DNA of 61,657 nt, the filler included, from Dugesia japonica (taxonomy: Eukaryota): assembly GCA_001938525.1 (NCBI GenBank). It is 5 parts of 5 records of this genome, joined end to end, with 100 filler letters (N's around TTAATTAATTAA, not from the genome) between each part and the next. Parts side by side here need not be neighbours in the genome. Positions count along the whole stretch, not along the records: positions 20,156 to 43,975 come from MQRL01501599.1; positions 44,076 to 53,101 come from MQRL01588937.1; 3 more parts are not named here. One strand, 5' to 3'. Below the pieces are notes generated by a model. That model worked only from the letters and a program-made list of their open reading frames with translations. It was not told where the DNA came from and did no database searches. Below, in pieces: positions 38,150 to 51,399 of the stretch. The first letter of the stretch is position 1, and each line of letters opens with the position of its first letter. The translations under genes were made by a program, and so were the position numbers.

Positions 38150-39475
38150 GTCATGATCCAGTTCCATTATCTATGCACTGTGTTCCTAAAGATCATAAAA
38201 CAATAATGAAATGAAGATCTATTGTCAATGCTTCTGATAATCCGTCTGCATAATTATGCAAAATTATGGCAGATTATTTGAGATCATTATTGAATTTTGT
38301 TCCAGCACATTTGAAAAATAGTTATGAGTTTGTTGAACGAATTAAAAGTTATGACTGGAATAACGATGATCAATTTGATTCATTAGATGTAACAAATCTT
38401 TATGGATCCATTCCCATTGAAGTACCTGAAATTTTCATCGATATTGTAAGTGATTTCTTTGAGAGATACAAAGAACACACAGATATTCCTGAAATCACCT
38501 TAAATGATTTCCAATATCTTATCAATTTGTGTCTCTTCTATGATAGGATTACTGAACAAAAAAGTGGTCTGGCAATGGGTAACAATTTGTATCCTATTTT
38601 AGCGATGATTTTTATGAACTTCATTGAAAAAAAAATTATTCTCAAAGGTGAGAAGAAGATACATATTTGGTTCAGATATATAGACGATATTTTCTTTGTT
38701 ACTAANNNNNNNNNNNNNNNNNNNNNNNNNNNNNNNNNNNNNNNNNNNNNNNNNNGATATTTTCTTTGTTACTAATTCATCTTTAGAAAATACTTTAGAA
38801 CTAGCCAATAGTATCAATGATAACATTAATTTCACTTTAGAGAAGTCAATTGACTTTCAGATCCCTTTTCTGGACACCTTAATCCAAAAGAAACCTGGCG
38901 AATTATTACTTACCCAGTTGTATATGAAACCATTCTACAGTGGACGTATATTACCATGGAGTAGTAATACTGCCATCAGGCAGAAAATTGGAATAATCAA
39001 AGGTGAAAGAATTGGAGCTGAAAAACTATCTTCAAATGAAGAAATGAGACTGACTTCCTTCAGGTTGATAAAAAATAAATTCTAAATAATGGTTATCCAA
39101 ATAGAATTGTATCTAAATATCTATTCTTAAATAAAGAATTTAATAAAATGAAACAAAAGACAAACACAATTAAACTACAAACATTAATTACAATTATCTT
39201 ATATTAATGAGAAATTTACGCAAATCATGCAAAATATAATAAAAAAAATCAAAACTCAATATAAAAAACCAAGACAGCATTTTTGTGGTCCCAAAGGAAT
39301 CATTTGTGATGGTAGAAATATATGCAATAAGAAAAATATCATCTAAAAATAATATGCACCTTATGTAAGGATACATATATAGGAGAATCATTTAGAACCA
39401 TCCGCACAAGAATTAAAGAGCATCACAAACAGAAAGAAAGTGAAGTCTTCAAACACTTTCAACACAAACATGTTT
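38150..39475 (+). mobile_element. Penelope-like element (RT + GIY-YIG), decayed
   Basis: VPKDHK, SLDVTNLYGSIP, QKSGLAMGNNL, WFRYIDDIF, INFTLEK..IPFLDT, LYMKP; YIGESFRTIRTRIKEH. Confidence 0.92.
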
Positions 39476-40399
39476 ATTTGTTGTTTAAATCAAACTTATT
39501 ATCGAAATAGTTTGTTAGTTAAAATCAAACAAGGAAAGATAAAATAGAAATGTAAAATGTAAATTGTAATTCATTATCAATAAATAAATTAAAAAAGCAA
39601 GTCAAATGTCATAAGATATATAAAATATTCTGTATTTTGAATACATTAATTATTTTGATCGTTAATTTATTAATTTTATTTCTTGTGTACGTCAATCATG
39701 TACGTTCATGTACACATATTTTTTTTAGATGAAATCGATGTTATCTTGCACCTATTTTGTGATATTTAAAAGTGAGGAGTTCAGTAAATTATTCACATTT
39801 TTGTCTAGTATAATATTTATGGAATTATTATAGAAATATGTCGATAAAATCTATGTAAAAAAACGGTTATAATAGGAAATAAGTATTGTTTGTTTGTTTG
39901 AAAATCTTTTAATGAATTCTATAATTCATTTCAGTAGACATCTCCTCCACCACTAACTTGATATTAAATTGTATTCAAATTACTGAATAAGATATTTTCT
40001 AATAATTCATTTCCAAAACTTTTTTCTGTGAGATTTTATCAGTGATCATATTAAATATATTTTTTTTAGGAAATTGAAAAATTTATTATGTTAAATTACT
40101 GGAATATTATGTTTCACATCAGATAGTTCATTTGAATAAATTCGAAATTTTCACAAAACATATTAATAATTATGTAAATAAATAATTATTTGTTTGTTTA
40201 TTTATTAAATATTTGAATATTAAATATTTAACTAATTTTATATTACAAAGTGTGTAATTTATTTGCGGACATCGGTTTCTTGTTATCGCAGACTCCGCTT
40301 ACTCAACAGATGAAAAAACCTGTTGTAATTTTGTTTTCTAGGATGATCTAAAATTGCAAACTTTGTTTCTCTTTTAGTCATCATTTGAATTTATTCAGT

Positions 40400-40900
40400 A
40401 GTATCAATATTGGTGACATTCCCAGAATTCAACTATAAAAGAACTCCGTGTTTCAATTGGAATATCTAGAAATCTTGTATAATACTTATTTCTCATGTGA
40501 TAATAGAAGTACAATATTTGTAGAAAAATAGCTTAATCAGATATCATAGTTATACCCACAAAAGCTTTTTACAATTTTTTTTTGTTTTGAGGATCGTCAG
40601 GAATAAAGGTCTTTTTATGTCATTTTATTTCCTTCCATCAGATCATTGAGTTAATATTGTTGCCCATATTGACTTTCCATAAATATTTGTTATGTCTTGG
40701 ATGAATTATGTCTATAAGGGATGGCTAAACGACCACAGAATTCCTTACATTTGGGCACTTAACTAATTAGATATCAATCCATCCGATTTCGTATTATAGA
40801 ATTAAGTTAAGAGAAAAGACAATAAATTCCTTCATACCAATGCGTGAATCTTCTTTGCCTACCAACATGCTCTGAATACGCGTCCCATTATTTTTCGTTG
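40400..40900 (+). mobile_element. Tc1/maT-like transposase fragment
   Basis: WLNDHRIPYIWALN*LDINPSDF resembles WPPNSPDLNPxD. Confidence 0.35.
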
Positions 40901-41739
40901 TTTATTTTTACTTATTATCAACTTATCATAATCAGATTTCAGTATGTGTAATAATACCAGATTATTTACAAATGCAAAATTAATTTCAAAGAGTTTCTCT
41001 GTTTAAGTTTTAAATGTTTCATTTTGTGACTTATGTAAATAATGTAATAATCACATAGATGACATGCCACCCACCAGCGACGCAGGCTTTGAAGTCTCAC
41101 TTACGTTGGTCCTTTAATATGAATGAAAATTATTGAATTCATGGACATAAAAGATTTAGATTTAATTATAGGAAAATATAATTTATTTCTATCTTCATTA
41201 AATTCTTCATTAATAAAGTTATTCATTAAAACAAAGGCTTCGATAAAAATTTTTTTGTTTTTGATAATATTTCGAATTTTCGACTTAGTCATTGTCAGAA
41301 ATTGACTTAAAAAGACTAAGTCGAAAATTGATAGAAATGTTTCTTTTAATGAATTCTGAAAAACGATAAATGGTTACGCCCAACAATTATTCTCACAATA
41401 ATCATAATTGTAAAATAAAGTTATTACCAGATTTTTATATTATATTCTGAATTTGAACAAACATCAAATTGTCCTCAAATACATTTTGTGTGTATTTGTT
41501 GATTATTTATAATTTTGTTGAAGTAAATTGATTCATCTTCTTTTAGTTATATTTCTTAATAGAATACATTTTAATTTTACTGAAAACTATTTAGTATCCT
41601 TTTATATTATACATTCTTTCTCATAGCAGAGGTTTTGTGTTTTGTGAGATAAGATAATGACTTTAGGATCAGAATATTCTCTTGCTAAAATGCTTTTAAT
41701 TATTTATCACGTGGTAAGGCTAACAAGTAATTAGATTCT

Positions 41740-43006
41740 ATCAGAAATAATGAAATCAACTCAACAAAACTTTTACTAACAATAAATATACATTCATATG
41801 TCTCATTTTTCAACAAAACTCCCGCTTACATTGACTCTTTTTTTCCAGCGGTCAACCATTTTATCATAGCACCTTTCAAAGAAATTTTATCCGTCTGCAC
41901 TTTGTCACGTTGTCCTGCAAATCATCCTTTGAAACAAATTTATGTCTTCTTATTTGTTTCTTCAGATGATTGCACAACCAGAAATCATTTTGTACAAGTT
42001 CTGGACTGTATAAAGGATGATCCAGCTGTTTCTTGTGTTGTCTGGGATGTGTGAATAGGAGCGTTATCATGGAGCAAATAAAACTCCTGACTGAGTGGCT
42101 TACATTGCATGCTTCGGGTTTTAAGTATGACATTACTATAGTAATCCGATTTTATGATTTATCAGTAGAATCTAGCTTCACGATGCAATTTTTATCACGA
42201 AAGACGATCAACATGGCACATTTACGATTTGAAATACCTAGACGCAAGATCTGAATAGCTCCTCATTTTCGTAAATCAATTCCTTTGAACCAGTTTTAAA
42301 GTAAGGAAGGTAGAGGCTCAATAGCGTCTCGCCTGTTGTTATTATATTAAGCAAAAAACTTGGTCCGACTGAACCCAGAAGACAAAGATCCTTTTCATAG
42401 GCTATTTTTTATCTGAGCTGTTAAACTTTTGCCACAAACCTGCTACACAACTTTCAGATTCCCATTTCCTCTAAAAACAGCGTGATGGTTATCTTGCATA
42501 CATTCAACTTCTGAAATATCTGCATTTGAGTGATTTTTCGTACATTTATCACAATAGCTTTCAATTCTTGGGTAATTACTTCACTAATTTTGACAGATCT
42601 TCCACTTTTGGTGGCATTGAAAACATTATTTTATCAAATGAAAATTCCCGGATCCAGTTTGAAATGGTCACCATAAATGGGGCACTTCACCATATATCTC
42701 TTGAAGCTCATTAATAATTTTCTTCTCGTACATTTCATACCTATGAATATGATAATTATTTTATGTGCAAAATTTATTTAAATATCTTCAATATTTCTGA
42801 TAGAGTCGAAGAACCTTTTAGCCATACCACGTGAAGATGACAGATCGTTTGTTTGGAAGATAATGTAGTAAAAACACTTTTAAATAATGTTTAAAATTTA
42901 CCAATTGTTATGTTAACGTCAAAGTGTACATTTAGTTAATCTATATATTCACTAGTTATATTCACTAGAAATTGTACTTAAAAATTGTTTTATTCTGGTT
43001 CGACTA
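41740..43006 (-). mobile_element. Mariner remnant
   Basis: LLHDNAP, LDHPLYSPELVQNDFWL motifs; N-terminal HTH remnants at ~42450-42790. Confidence 0.8.
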
Positions 43007-45272
43007 AATTATTTTTTTAATAGAAAAAACAAATGAAACGTTAGATGAATTACAGTATGCCTGAAATATAAATATATTATATTTAATCAAATGTGAACAT
43101 TTATATTTAATATTTTACTGGTATTTTAATATTAATATTTCGTTTTTAATATGGAAAATAATTAAAATATAAAATATATTTATAGGTTATCATTTTAAAC
43201 AAATAAATTCCTTGATAAAGTTTCAATTTAGGTTTATTAGTACTATAAATATTGAGTTATAATTATTATAGTTATAATAATTATTTTAATTATCAATTTG
43301 TTTATAGTTAGAAATTCTTTTATTGAACAATACATGAACTATTTATCGGAACTTCCATTTGTCAGGAAATTTGAAAATTTAAATCTTCCAGAACTTTTCT
43401 TTTGATAACCCTCTAAAGAAATGAATTGTTTTACATTGAGAGAATTCTGTAAAAATCTGAATAAATAAAAATCAGATGGTGCTAGATCCGGTGAGTATGA
43501 TGTGTGGGATAAGATTTCCCAGCCAAAATGCTACAATTTTGCGAGCAAACCTTTTCAGGCGGTGACACATTCTACGTAAATATTTTTTCGAAATTTAAAG
43601 CATAACGAAAAACATTTATTTAGATTTTTCTTGAAGATGTTAGAAAAAGATATAAGAAAATACAGAAAGTGTAAAAATAAAATCTTTTTATTCTTTATGT
43701 AAGATTGCAAATCAGCGGTAGATCAAGGAATTTTGCATGAGAGAGAGAGGGGGGTGATATAAACAAATTGTAACAATATTTTTATTTCAGTAGATAATTT
43801 AATTAATACATTGAAAATGTTTATTTACAAGAAACACACTTATATATATAATCTTAATAATTATTACACTTATACATGAAACAGTATTATAATTACACTC
43901 GCATACTGTAAGTAGTTTCCTCAGAATCTTCTATTTTGTTATTTGGTTCCATAAAAATTAACACTTGAGTTGTAANNNNNNNNNNNNNNNNNNNNNNNNN
44001 NNNNNNNNNNNNNNNNNNNTTAATTAATTAANNNNNNNNNNNNNNNNNNNNNNNNNNNNNNNNNNNNNNNNNNNNAATAATGATTTGGATTGAAGCTTTT
44101 ATTTTAAGATTAATGCAAATTTAAAAATAGTGCATGCATTATCGTTAATTTAATTATAAAAGAAATAGAGAAAATATATGAAATGCAGTTGTTAACGCCG
44201 AAAAACTGATAGAAAATCTAAATCTTTAATACAAATAATACTCAATTCACTCTTGAACGCTTGCACAAATAAAAATTTTAATAATTTTAATAAGTGTGTA
44301 GGAATTAGCAAATTAATTGTTAACGGATATTTGAATTAGTATGGGANGAAGAAGTAGATCCGATTAACGGTGGGTTTGGTTTGAATTATCGAATATTCAT
44401 TTCAATTAGTCATATTTATTTTTCTGTTTAAAGAAAAGGTCACTTTTATTGGTCTACTATTTTATAAATTAAATAATAAACTATATTTTATTTATATTAA
44501 ATTTTCATAATTAATACAAAGCGAAAAATCTTCAATTTATTATCTTTAAATTTAAATCTAAAAGACATATAGTAACATATTTTTCAATTATTTAACACGT
44601 TGAGTGCCACAATGTTAAAAAATATATTTCATTTTATTGAAATTTTATTTTATTATCCAAAAAAATGAAAATTATTTTGTAAAATTTTCTAATATTGGTT
44701 AATTTAATTAAAAAGTAAAATTGCTGAAAAAGACAACAGTCGAAAATTCTGATGACTACTAAAAAAATAATTTATAAAACCAAAACATTTAATGAAATTT
44801 AAGATTCTATTAATGGTTAAATCCAACAATTATTATCGTAAAATTTGTAAATGTAAAATTGAAATCAGTCATTTTCTTTTAAAGGTATTTAAAAGTAGAC
44901 TTAATGAATATCATGTTCACTATAAAGCTTAAAAATTTATCATTATTTTTTATTCTTCTATGGAGGAATCAGCATTATACACACCTACTTTATTAACGAA
45001 GGATAATATCAATCTTAGTATCAAAATTTTCAAGGGTATTTGGATTTTTTTAAATTAATTCCACATAACATAAATCTTCATTTTTCAACTACATTCTAAT
45101 TTACGAATATAACCACACCATAGGCTTATATTCGGATAAAGCCGCTATGTTTCCTTTTGATTAAAATAATAAATATGGAAAATTCATTACATCGATAGAT
45201 TATTATAGATAATCTTACTACATAATCTTTAATAATAAATATATTATAATATTGTTATTTTTTATATTACAG

Positions 45273-45641
45273 AATCGAGAATTACAATTCCAAAGAATCC
45301 CAGGTGTTCAAACAAAGCAAGGTGTAATAAAATTTAATGCAAAAAAACTTGAATCCTTGTATTTTGAAATCCTAAATTTTAATGAACATAAAGTCGATCT
45401 TTATTTTACCACACCTAGATTACCGTTTGAAAGCACATATAAATACTTGAGATTAAAGTGAGATTTTCTTTATTTCTATCCCTAAATTATTATTAATTAT
45501 TTATATTACAGTTCCTGTACAAGAAATTTTCTTGAAGTTTCTCTTATCAAATATGTTGATGAACCGAAAAGAGATGTCATTGTTGTCTCAGATAATTATG
45601 GAAACTTTCTTGTATTTAGATTGGTTGCATTAATAATTTAA
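45273..45641 (+). CDS. Last two exons of a host gene encoding an ASH/PapD-like domain resembling the CEP192/SPD-2 C-terminus
   Basis: Exon 45273-45457, 54-nt GTGAG..TTACAG intron, exon 45512-45641 ending TAA with an overlapping AATAAA. Peptide: NRELQFQRIPGVQTKQGVIKFNAKKLESLYFEILNFNEHKVDLYFTTPRLPFESTYKYLRLNSCTRNFLEVSLIKYVDEPKRDVIVVSDNYGNFLVFRLVALII*. The exon structure is solid; the family call is tentative. Confidence 0.7.
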
Positions 45642-46867
45642 TAAATGTTTTTTATTGTTATATAAATATAACACTCAAATGTTTATTTGTCACACAAATA
45701 ATATTTTCTTTTATTAAATTTTACTTTATAATGGATAAAATTTTCAACAAAATAATCTAATGATAGATATTTCCTTGATATAAACTCAGGAAATGTGAAA
45801 ATATTGTTATTTTACTCTTCATTTTCGTAATTTTAAGTATTTGTTTTCAAATATCATTGGATAAATCCGAAAAATATAAATTTAAGATAAACAATAAAAT
45901 AAAAGTAAATAAAAAAATTAAAATAAAAACAAAAAAATACAAACGATTAATTAAAATTAAACTATAATAGAGTAGCAAACTATAATAGCAATAAGTAGCC
46001 AACAGTTAGATTGATGTTTGGTGTAATAAAGAATCCATTTGTTTGAATATACCAAGTTATATAGTTAAAACAAGGTTGAGCTAATCAAAGTTCATTAATT
46101 ACAGTATTAATTACTGTGAATTGAATATATATTATATATTCAAAAACATATTGAACAAATTGCTTTGATCTAAGAAAAATGAAAAAACTCAATTTTTTAA
46201 AACATNNNNNNNNNNNNNNNNNNNNNNNNNNNNNNNNNNNNNNNNNNNNNNNNNNNNNNNNNNNNNNNNNNNNNNNNNNNNNNNNNNNNNNNNNNNNNNN
46301 NNNNNNTCCAATAAAACCTATTGCGTATTCAATCCAATAAAATAAGATTAAAATAAATTTAAAGGTGAATGTGTCAATCTGATTATGCAACCAAATTCTA
46401 AAAGCCTCACACGCAATTCTTTAAAAAAAGTTACCAAAACCCCTGTTCAAACTGTAAATTCATTATTACTTATTTTGCTTTTTATATTTGTGCAGCAACA
46501 GGCATGATCTAAAAACCGAACTTTTCCTCCTCAATTGCATATGCTTGTTAAGACGTGTGAAAAGATGACGTTTTGTCTCTCCAATGTACGTAGCATCACA
46601 CCCCTTACAATTTAATTGATAAACTAGGTTAGCTAGCAACACTTTTGGTGTAGTAGATTTGTTGCTTAAATAAGGAGGTTTTCTTTGAAGTGAAAATTAA
46701 TCTAACTTGATTATCATCAAAATATTTCATGACGGAGCATTTTAATGATTTAGATTCTTCTAAGAATGGTATTTTTATAGTTATTTTTTCTTGATTATAT
46801 TTTATTGTTTTCTTCTTGGTCTTTATTTGATGTTGAGCACAGTTTGCTTAGTGTACTTAATATAGTA

Positions 46868-48180
46868 CTACCTCCAAACCATAAAAAAGTGGATTTATTA
46901 TTTTACAGTAAATAAGAAAGAAAAGTTATATTTTCAATATGTATACAACATGATACAACAATAATTGAAGTCATTTATGATTAATATTGACCGCAGCTCC
47001 TCTTGAAGCAGTAATCTGGTTAATGGTCCAAGACTTTGTGCTGAAGAGAGAAGTAAGTATTTTTCTTCGGTAGACCAAAATGTTGTTTGCAGTACGGTCC
47101 AAAATGCATCCAGGTCATTGCACATAGATCTTTGGCTTTGATTATTCAAAGAATGAAACAAGCCGAGATAATTAATGTTTAATTTTGGAGTTTGAGGCGG
47201 CTGGTTCGTAACGGTTGGAATTAAACTATCCACAAAATCATTAAACTTTTGTACGTTGTTTTTACAAACATATGGACGAGCATTATCCATTTGAATAAAA
47301 ACGTTTTTGAACCAGTGCATTTTGTTTGAGATTTCAGGCATGATTTCATTATACACCAGCTTATAAAAGATGGCAGAAGTCATTGTGCAATTGACTTTGT
47401 CAACATAAGCTTTTGTGTGGTTTTTTGAAGATCGCTGGGCTACGTGGTTTTCTTGAATCCTCTAAATGCCGACTAGACCGTTGAAATTATTTTCAGAATT
47501 CGGTTTGGCAACAGCAGTTATTATCATAATTTTAGGGTACGTTTTTCCATGAACTATTCTCATCATATATTTCATGACTGAAGGCATACAATTCGAACCA
47601 TTTTTCATCAATGTCCACATAATTATTCTATGTATTATATCTGTGTGGTTGGCACCATTTCAACCTTTTAACTTTTTGATCATCTGTTAAAAGTGGACAT
47701 GTTTCTCTAGGTACGAATCTGAATTCTTCATCTTTAATTATTCTTTGGACACCTGTTATTGGAATGGCTGTATTTTTTGAAATGTCACAGATGCTACTAG
47801 AGAAACGCTTACGAATGGCATTTTTTACTGCTGCCATCTGTTTTTCGTAGTTTGCAACATAAGGTCTGTTAGAGCCTTGTTTTCTTGCGATTGTTTTATG
47901 TTCAAAAAACTTTTCACGCAAATTTCTAACATAGTTTTTATTGACTTTGAATGTCTGGCATAATTCTTTCGCCGTTGAGTATTCTGGTTCCACCTTTCCC
48001 ATCTTAAAAGGTAATATCTCATCATTTAATAATTAAATCATTTTTTCTTCTTCGGATAGAGTTTACATTTTAAAAGACTTCCTAAAATTGAACATAAATA
48101 GCTAATTATAACAAAATTTAAATGGCTTGATCAAATTTGATATATTGATAAAATTAATAAATCCACTTTTTATGGTTTGG
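46868..48180 (-). mobile_element. Near full-length DD39D-like (Soymar/Guest-type) mariner
   Basis: TIR core CCAAACCATAAAAAAGTGGATTTATTA (46874-46900) is inverted at 48155-48180. The left end is TA|CTACCTCC. Transposase motifs: RKQGSNRP, PLLTDDQKVKRLKWC, IQMDNARPY, QPPQTPKLNINYLGLFHSL. Confidence 0.85.
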
Positions 48181-48189
48181 TTTTTATTG

Positions 48190-49400
48190 TTTTTTGATTA
48201 TATTCATTATATGATAATAGCTCAAAGACTATTATCTAATTTGTTAAGACCATCATCAGCAATCTCAAAGCTTGATTATATACACCACATTTGATGAACC
48301 AAACCTTTTATTAACCCATTCTTATATCGATCATCACAAAAACCTTTAGGAGTGATATAAAGTACTGTTTCTGTTGATAAAGTAAAGTATTATAGTTGCA
48401 ACCCTGTCTACAAACAAGAACATCTAAGAATGGTAGTTTACCTTCATTTTTTACTTCTATAGTGAATTTCATATTTTGATGAAGTCTGTTCATATATTCA
48501 AGGAAAGGTAGTATATTATCTTGGTCTTTAAAAATAAGGAAGATATCATCTATGTATCTTTTTTAATATATGGGTTGATTACCAGAAAAATTAATAATTC
48601 GTGACTCTATTTTAAACATAAATAATGATGTTAATGTCGGTGCCAACGGAGAACTATATATTTTTTGTACAGTCAGATGTACAGAAAATCATAAGAAGGT
48701 AAAGACAATTTGAGAAGTCGAAAATTGAAACGGATTGCTACTTTTCTTGCAAACATTAAAAGTGGAATGTCAAAAGTTGATAAAGAAACTAGAAGATGAA
48801 CAGGACAAGAGTGAAAGAGAAAACGAACATAACTAAATTAAAAGTAGTTCAAAACAAAAACCAAAATCAATAAAGGTTAGGGTTAGGGGTTTGGGTTAGG
48901 GTTAGGGTTAGGTTTAGAGTTTAGGGTAATAATTGGTATTATTTTTCAATACCAATAATTATTGATTATGAAACTAACATCTTTACAGCAAAATTTCCAA
49001 ATTATCTTCATGTCTGTTTATTTAAATATATAGTTTAAATTTGCGTAATGATTTGTCGAGAGATTTTCAAAAATATTGATGGTCTTGTTTATAGTAACAT
49101 TTGTAAACAAACTCACTGTATCAAATGAATCCATAATTTGTTTTTATCTGAGATCAGTGGTTTATTTTTCTCGCAATTTATGAATATTAACGTTTCCTTA
49201 CATTCTCTATCATTACAAATTTATGGTTTAAGCTTTTGTCAAGTACTTTAATAACTTTGTTCTACGCAGTGCTTAATATTACTTTTCGAAAATTCTTTAT
49301 CATTTGGCTAGTGAAGGAGTTCTTCACATATTTTAAAATTTTTAATGCTTGTCACGCAGTCGTATTATGGGTGTACAATTTTACATCTTTTTGATCTTAC
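48190..49400 (-). mobile_element. Penelope-like RT remnant split by a ~280-bp insert
   Basis: SFDTVSLFTNV..NNYWY (49140-48940), then SSPLAPTL, KRYIDDIF, MKFTIE..KLPFLDV (48655-48310). Confidence 0.85.
48875..48927 (+). repeat. Interstitial telomeric (TTAGGG)n, ~8 degenerate units
   Basis: GGTTAGGGTTAGGGGTTTGGGTTAGGGTTAGGGTTAGGTTTAGAGTTTAGGG. Confidence 0.9.
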
Positions 49401-49479
49401 CATAATACNNNNNNNNNNNNNNNNNNNNNNNNNNNNNNNNNNNNNNNNNNNNNNNNNNNNNNNNNNNNNNNNNNNNNNG

Positions 49480-49904
49480 ATATTTCTTCACAGAATGCAT
49501 AACTGCTGTGAAATCAACTGTTAAAGGTCTTCCAGAACGTGACTCATCATTAAGACCTGTACTACCAGAATTGAAATTTTTAACTATTTGATAGCTGCGC
49601 TTTTACTCACGAATTTGGGTCCTTCAACTTCCCATATTTCAACTGCGGCAGCTCTGTCACTTAATTCTTTTTTCCTATAGCGTAGTAATAGTATAAGAGT
49701 AGTATATTTTTGATCAATTTTCATATTATTCTGGACTACTAACAAAAAAATATTAGATCAATATTTTTATTTATAGCATGTTACTTTTTACATATCCTTT
49801 AAAAATAAGACTAAATAAGTTTAATTTATTAAGCTATTTAAGCACTTTAACTTTAAAAATTACACTTTCAAAAAAATTACCACGAACTTTTGGGACGCTC
49901 TAAT
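49480..49904 (-). mobile_element. Mariner 5' remnant
   Basis: MKIDQKY..AAAVEIWEVEG, FNSGSTGLNDESRSGRP; TIR-like ..ACTTTTGGGACGCTCTAATA. Confidence 0.8.
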
Positions 49905-50329
49905 ATATTATATAAATGATAAATTAAGCAAAGTATTTATGTGTTTTCCTATATCAAAAATAAATAAGTACTTTGAAAGAAATAATATATTCTACATTAA
50001 CTCGTTACAAATTTAAATAAAAGTCTTTTTGCAAGCTGCTCGTCAAAGGAGTCAGTTGCACAATAATAAAATTTTAAAAGAGGGAAAGTTAATGCTGAAA
50101 ATCATTGCTATTTATACAAAATTTTATTATTTGTGCACTCATAAAGATAAATATTTATAATTATTATTTGAAATAAAATAAAAATATAAAAATTTTACCG
50201 ACAAATATTTATAAAAAAAACTCCTACAATTGTTTTACCAAATAAAATTATAAATATTTATCAAAGTCTTATAATTTTTTTACAAAATATAAACTTTAAA
50301 ATATAAAATTAATATTTAATAAAAAAAGT

Positions 50330-50366
50330 CAATTCCTGACGAAGACAAGGTCGAAATATCGAATTG
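50330..50366 (+). ncRNA. Ultra-minimal type I hammerhead ribozyme in the short repeat family
   Basis: CAATTC-CTGACGA-A-GAC AAG GTC-GAAA-TA-TC^-GAATTG: perfect 6-bp stem I, intact core and UC cleavage site. Confidence 0.75.
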
Positions 50367-51399
50367 TTATCCAATATCAATATTTAAAACCTAAATTTTG
50401 ATCAAAGCTTTTATATTAAATGAATTCTATAAAATTAATAGTTCAAATAATTAAAATTTTCAAAAAAAATAAGATTACAAAAAAATAAAAATTCTTATAT
50501 TTTTTTCATAAATAGATCCTAATTATTGATTTTTGAATTTCAGTTAACATAAAATAATAAAATTCANTCGATTAATTATAAAGTTCATTAAATTTGCATA
50601 AAAAAATAAAATCGGTTCAAATTTGTACAAAATAGTATTTAAAGGAAATTGTTAATAACAGAATAAAATAATGTTGTCATTTGTCAAAAATATAATACCA
50701 GTATCAATAGATAAGTGAATTTAATCATTAGTTTGCTTGAGAACTTTTCTGAAAATTTTACATTGATTGAGGATATTTATCCGATTATCTGCAGTGATCG
50801 TAAAAATAAAATGTCTATTGGATCATATAATAAAATCACAAATCAAATGTCTGCTGGATCGATTGTTGATTGAAGAGAATTGATAATATTAATTGTTGAA
50901 TTGCATAGAGAGGGGATTGAATTGCATTAGGATTGTTAGTTTTATTAGTTTTCTTCTTCATTTAAATCAATTAAAACAAGACTTTTTATTCAATACTTTA
51001 TTTCAATTACCACGAAATTTACAATTAAATTTACAATTAATTCTTCTTTGAAATTCTTCTTTCTTTTTGAACGCTTCTTTCAAAACTTGTCTTTCCAAAT
51101 TTATATTTTTGAATAAATAATAAATTTAAGCAAATTTATTATATTTATTAAAAATATATTTTTTTAAATCTAAAATTTCGAATTTACATTAATTTAAAAA
51201 ATAAAGCGATAACATTTAATTATTAAAATTTTTTACTAATTATTTACATTAAAAAATTTAAACNNNNNNNNNNNNNNNNNNNNNNNNNNNNNNNNNNNNN
51301 NNNNNNNNNNNNNAAAATATTTGCAAATTTTTAAAATTACCTAACAAGGATAACTGTGTGTATTATATTTGCGTGATTGTACTGTGTTTTGTATGTTAA

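Noticed and set aside
38686-38775. Direct repeat GATATTTTCTTTGTTACTAA on both sides of a gap
   Set aside because: Unmerged contig overlap; the Penelope RT is continuous once it is collapsed.
29790-43492. Further splice-site-bounded segments (29790-29933, 32744-32943, 40070-40173, 43309-43490) as exons of the ASH-domain gene
   Set aside because: Each had stops in the frames I read through, so no consistent gene model could be built by eye.
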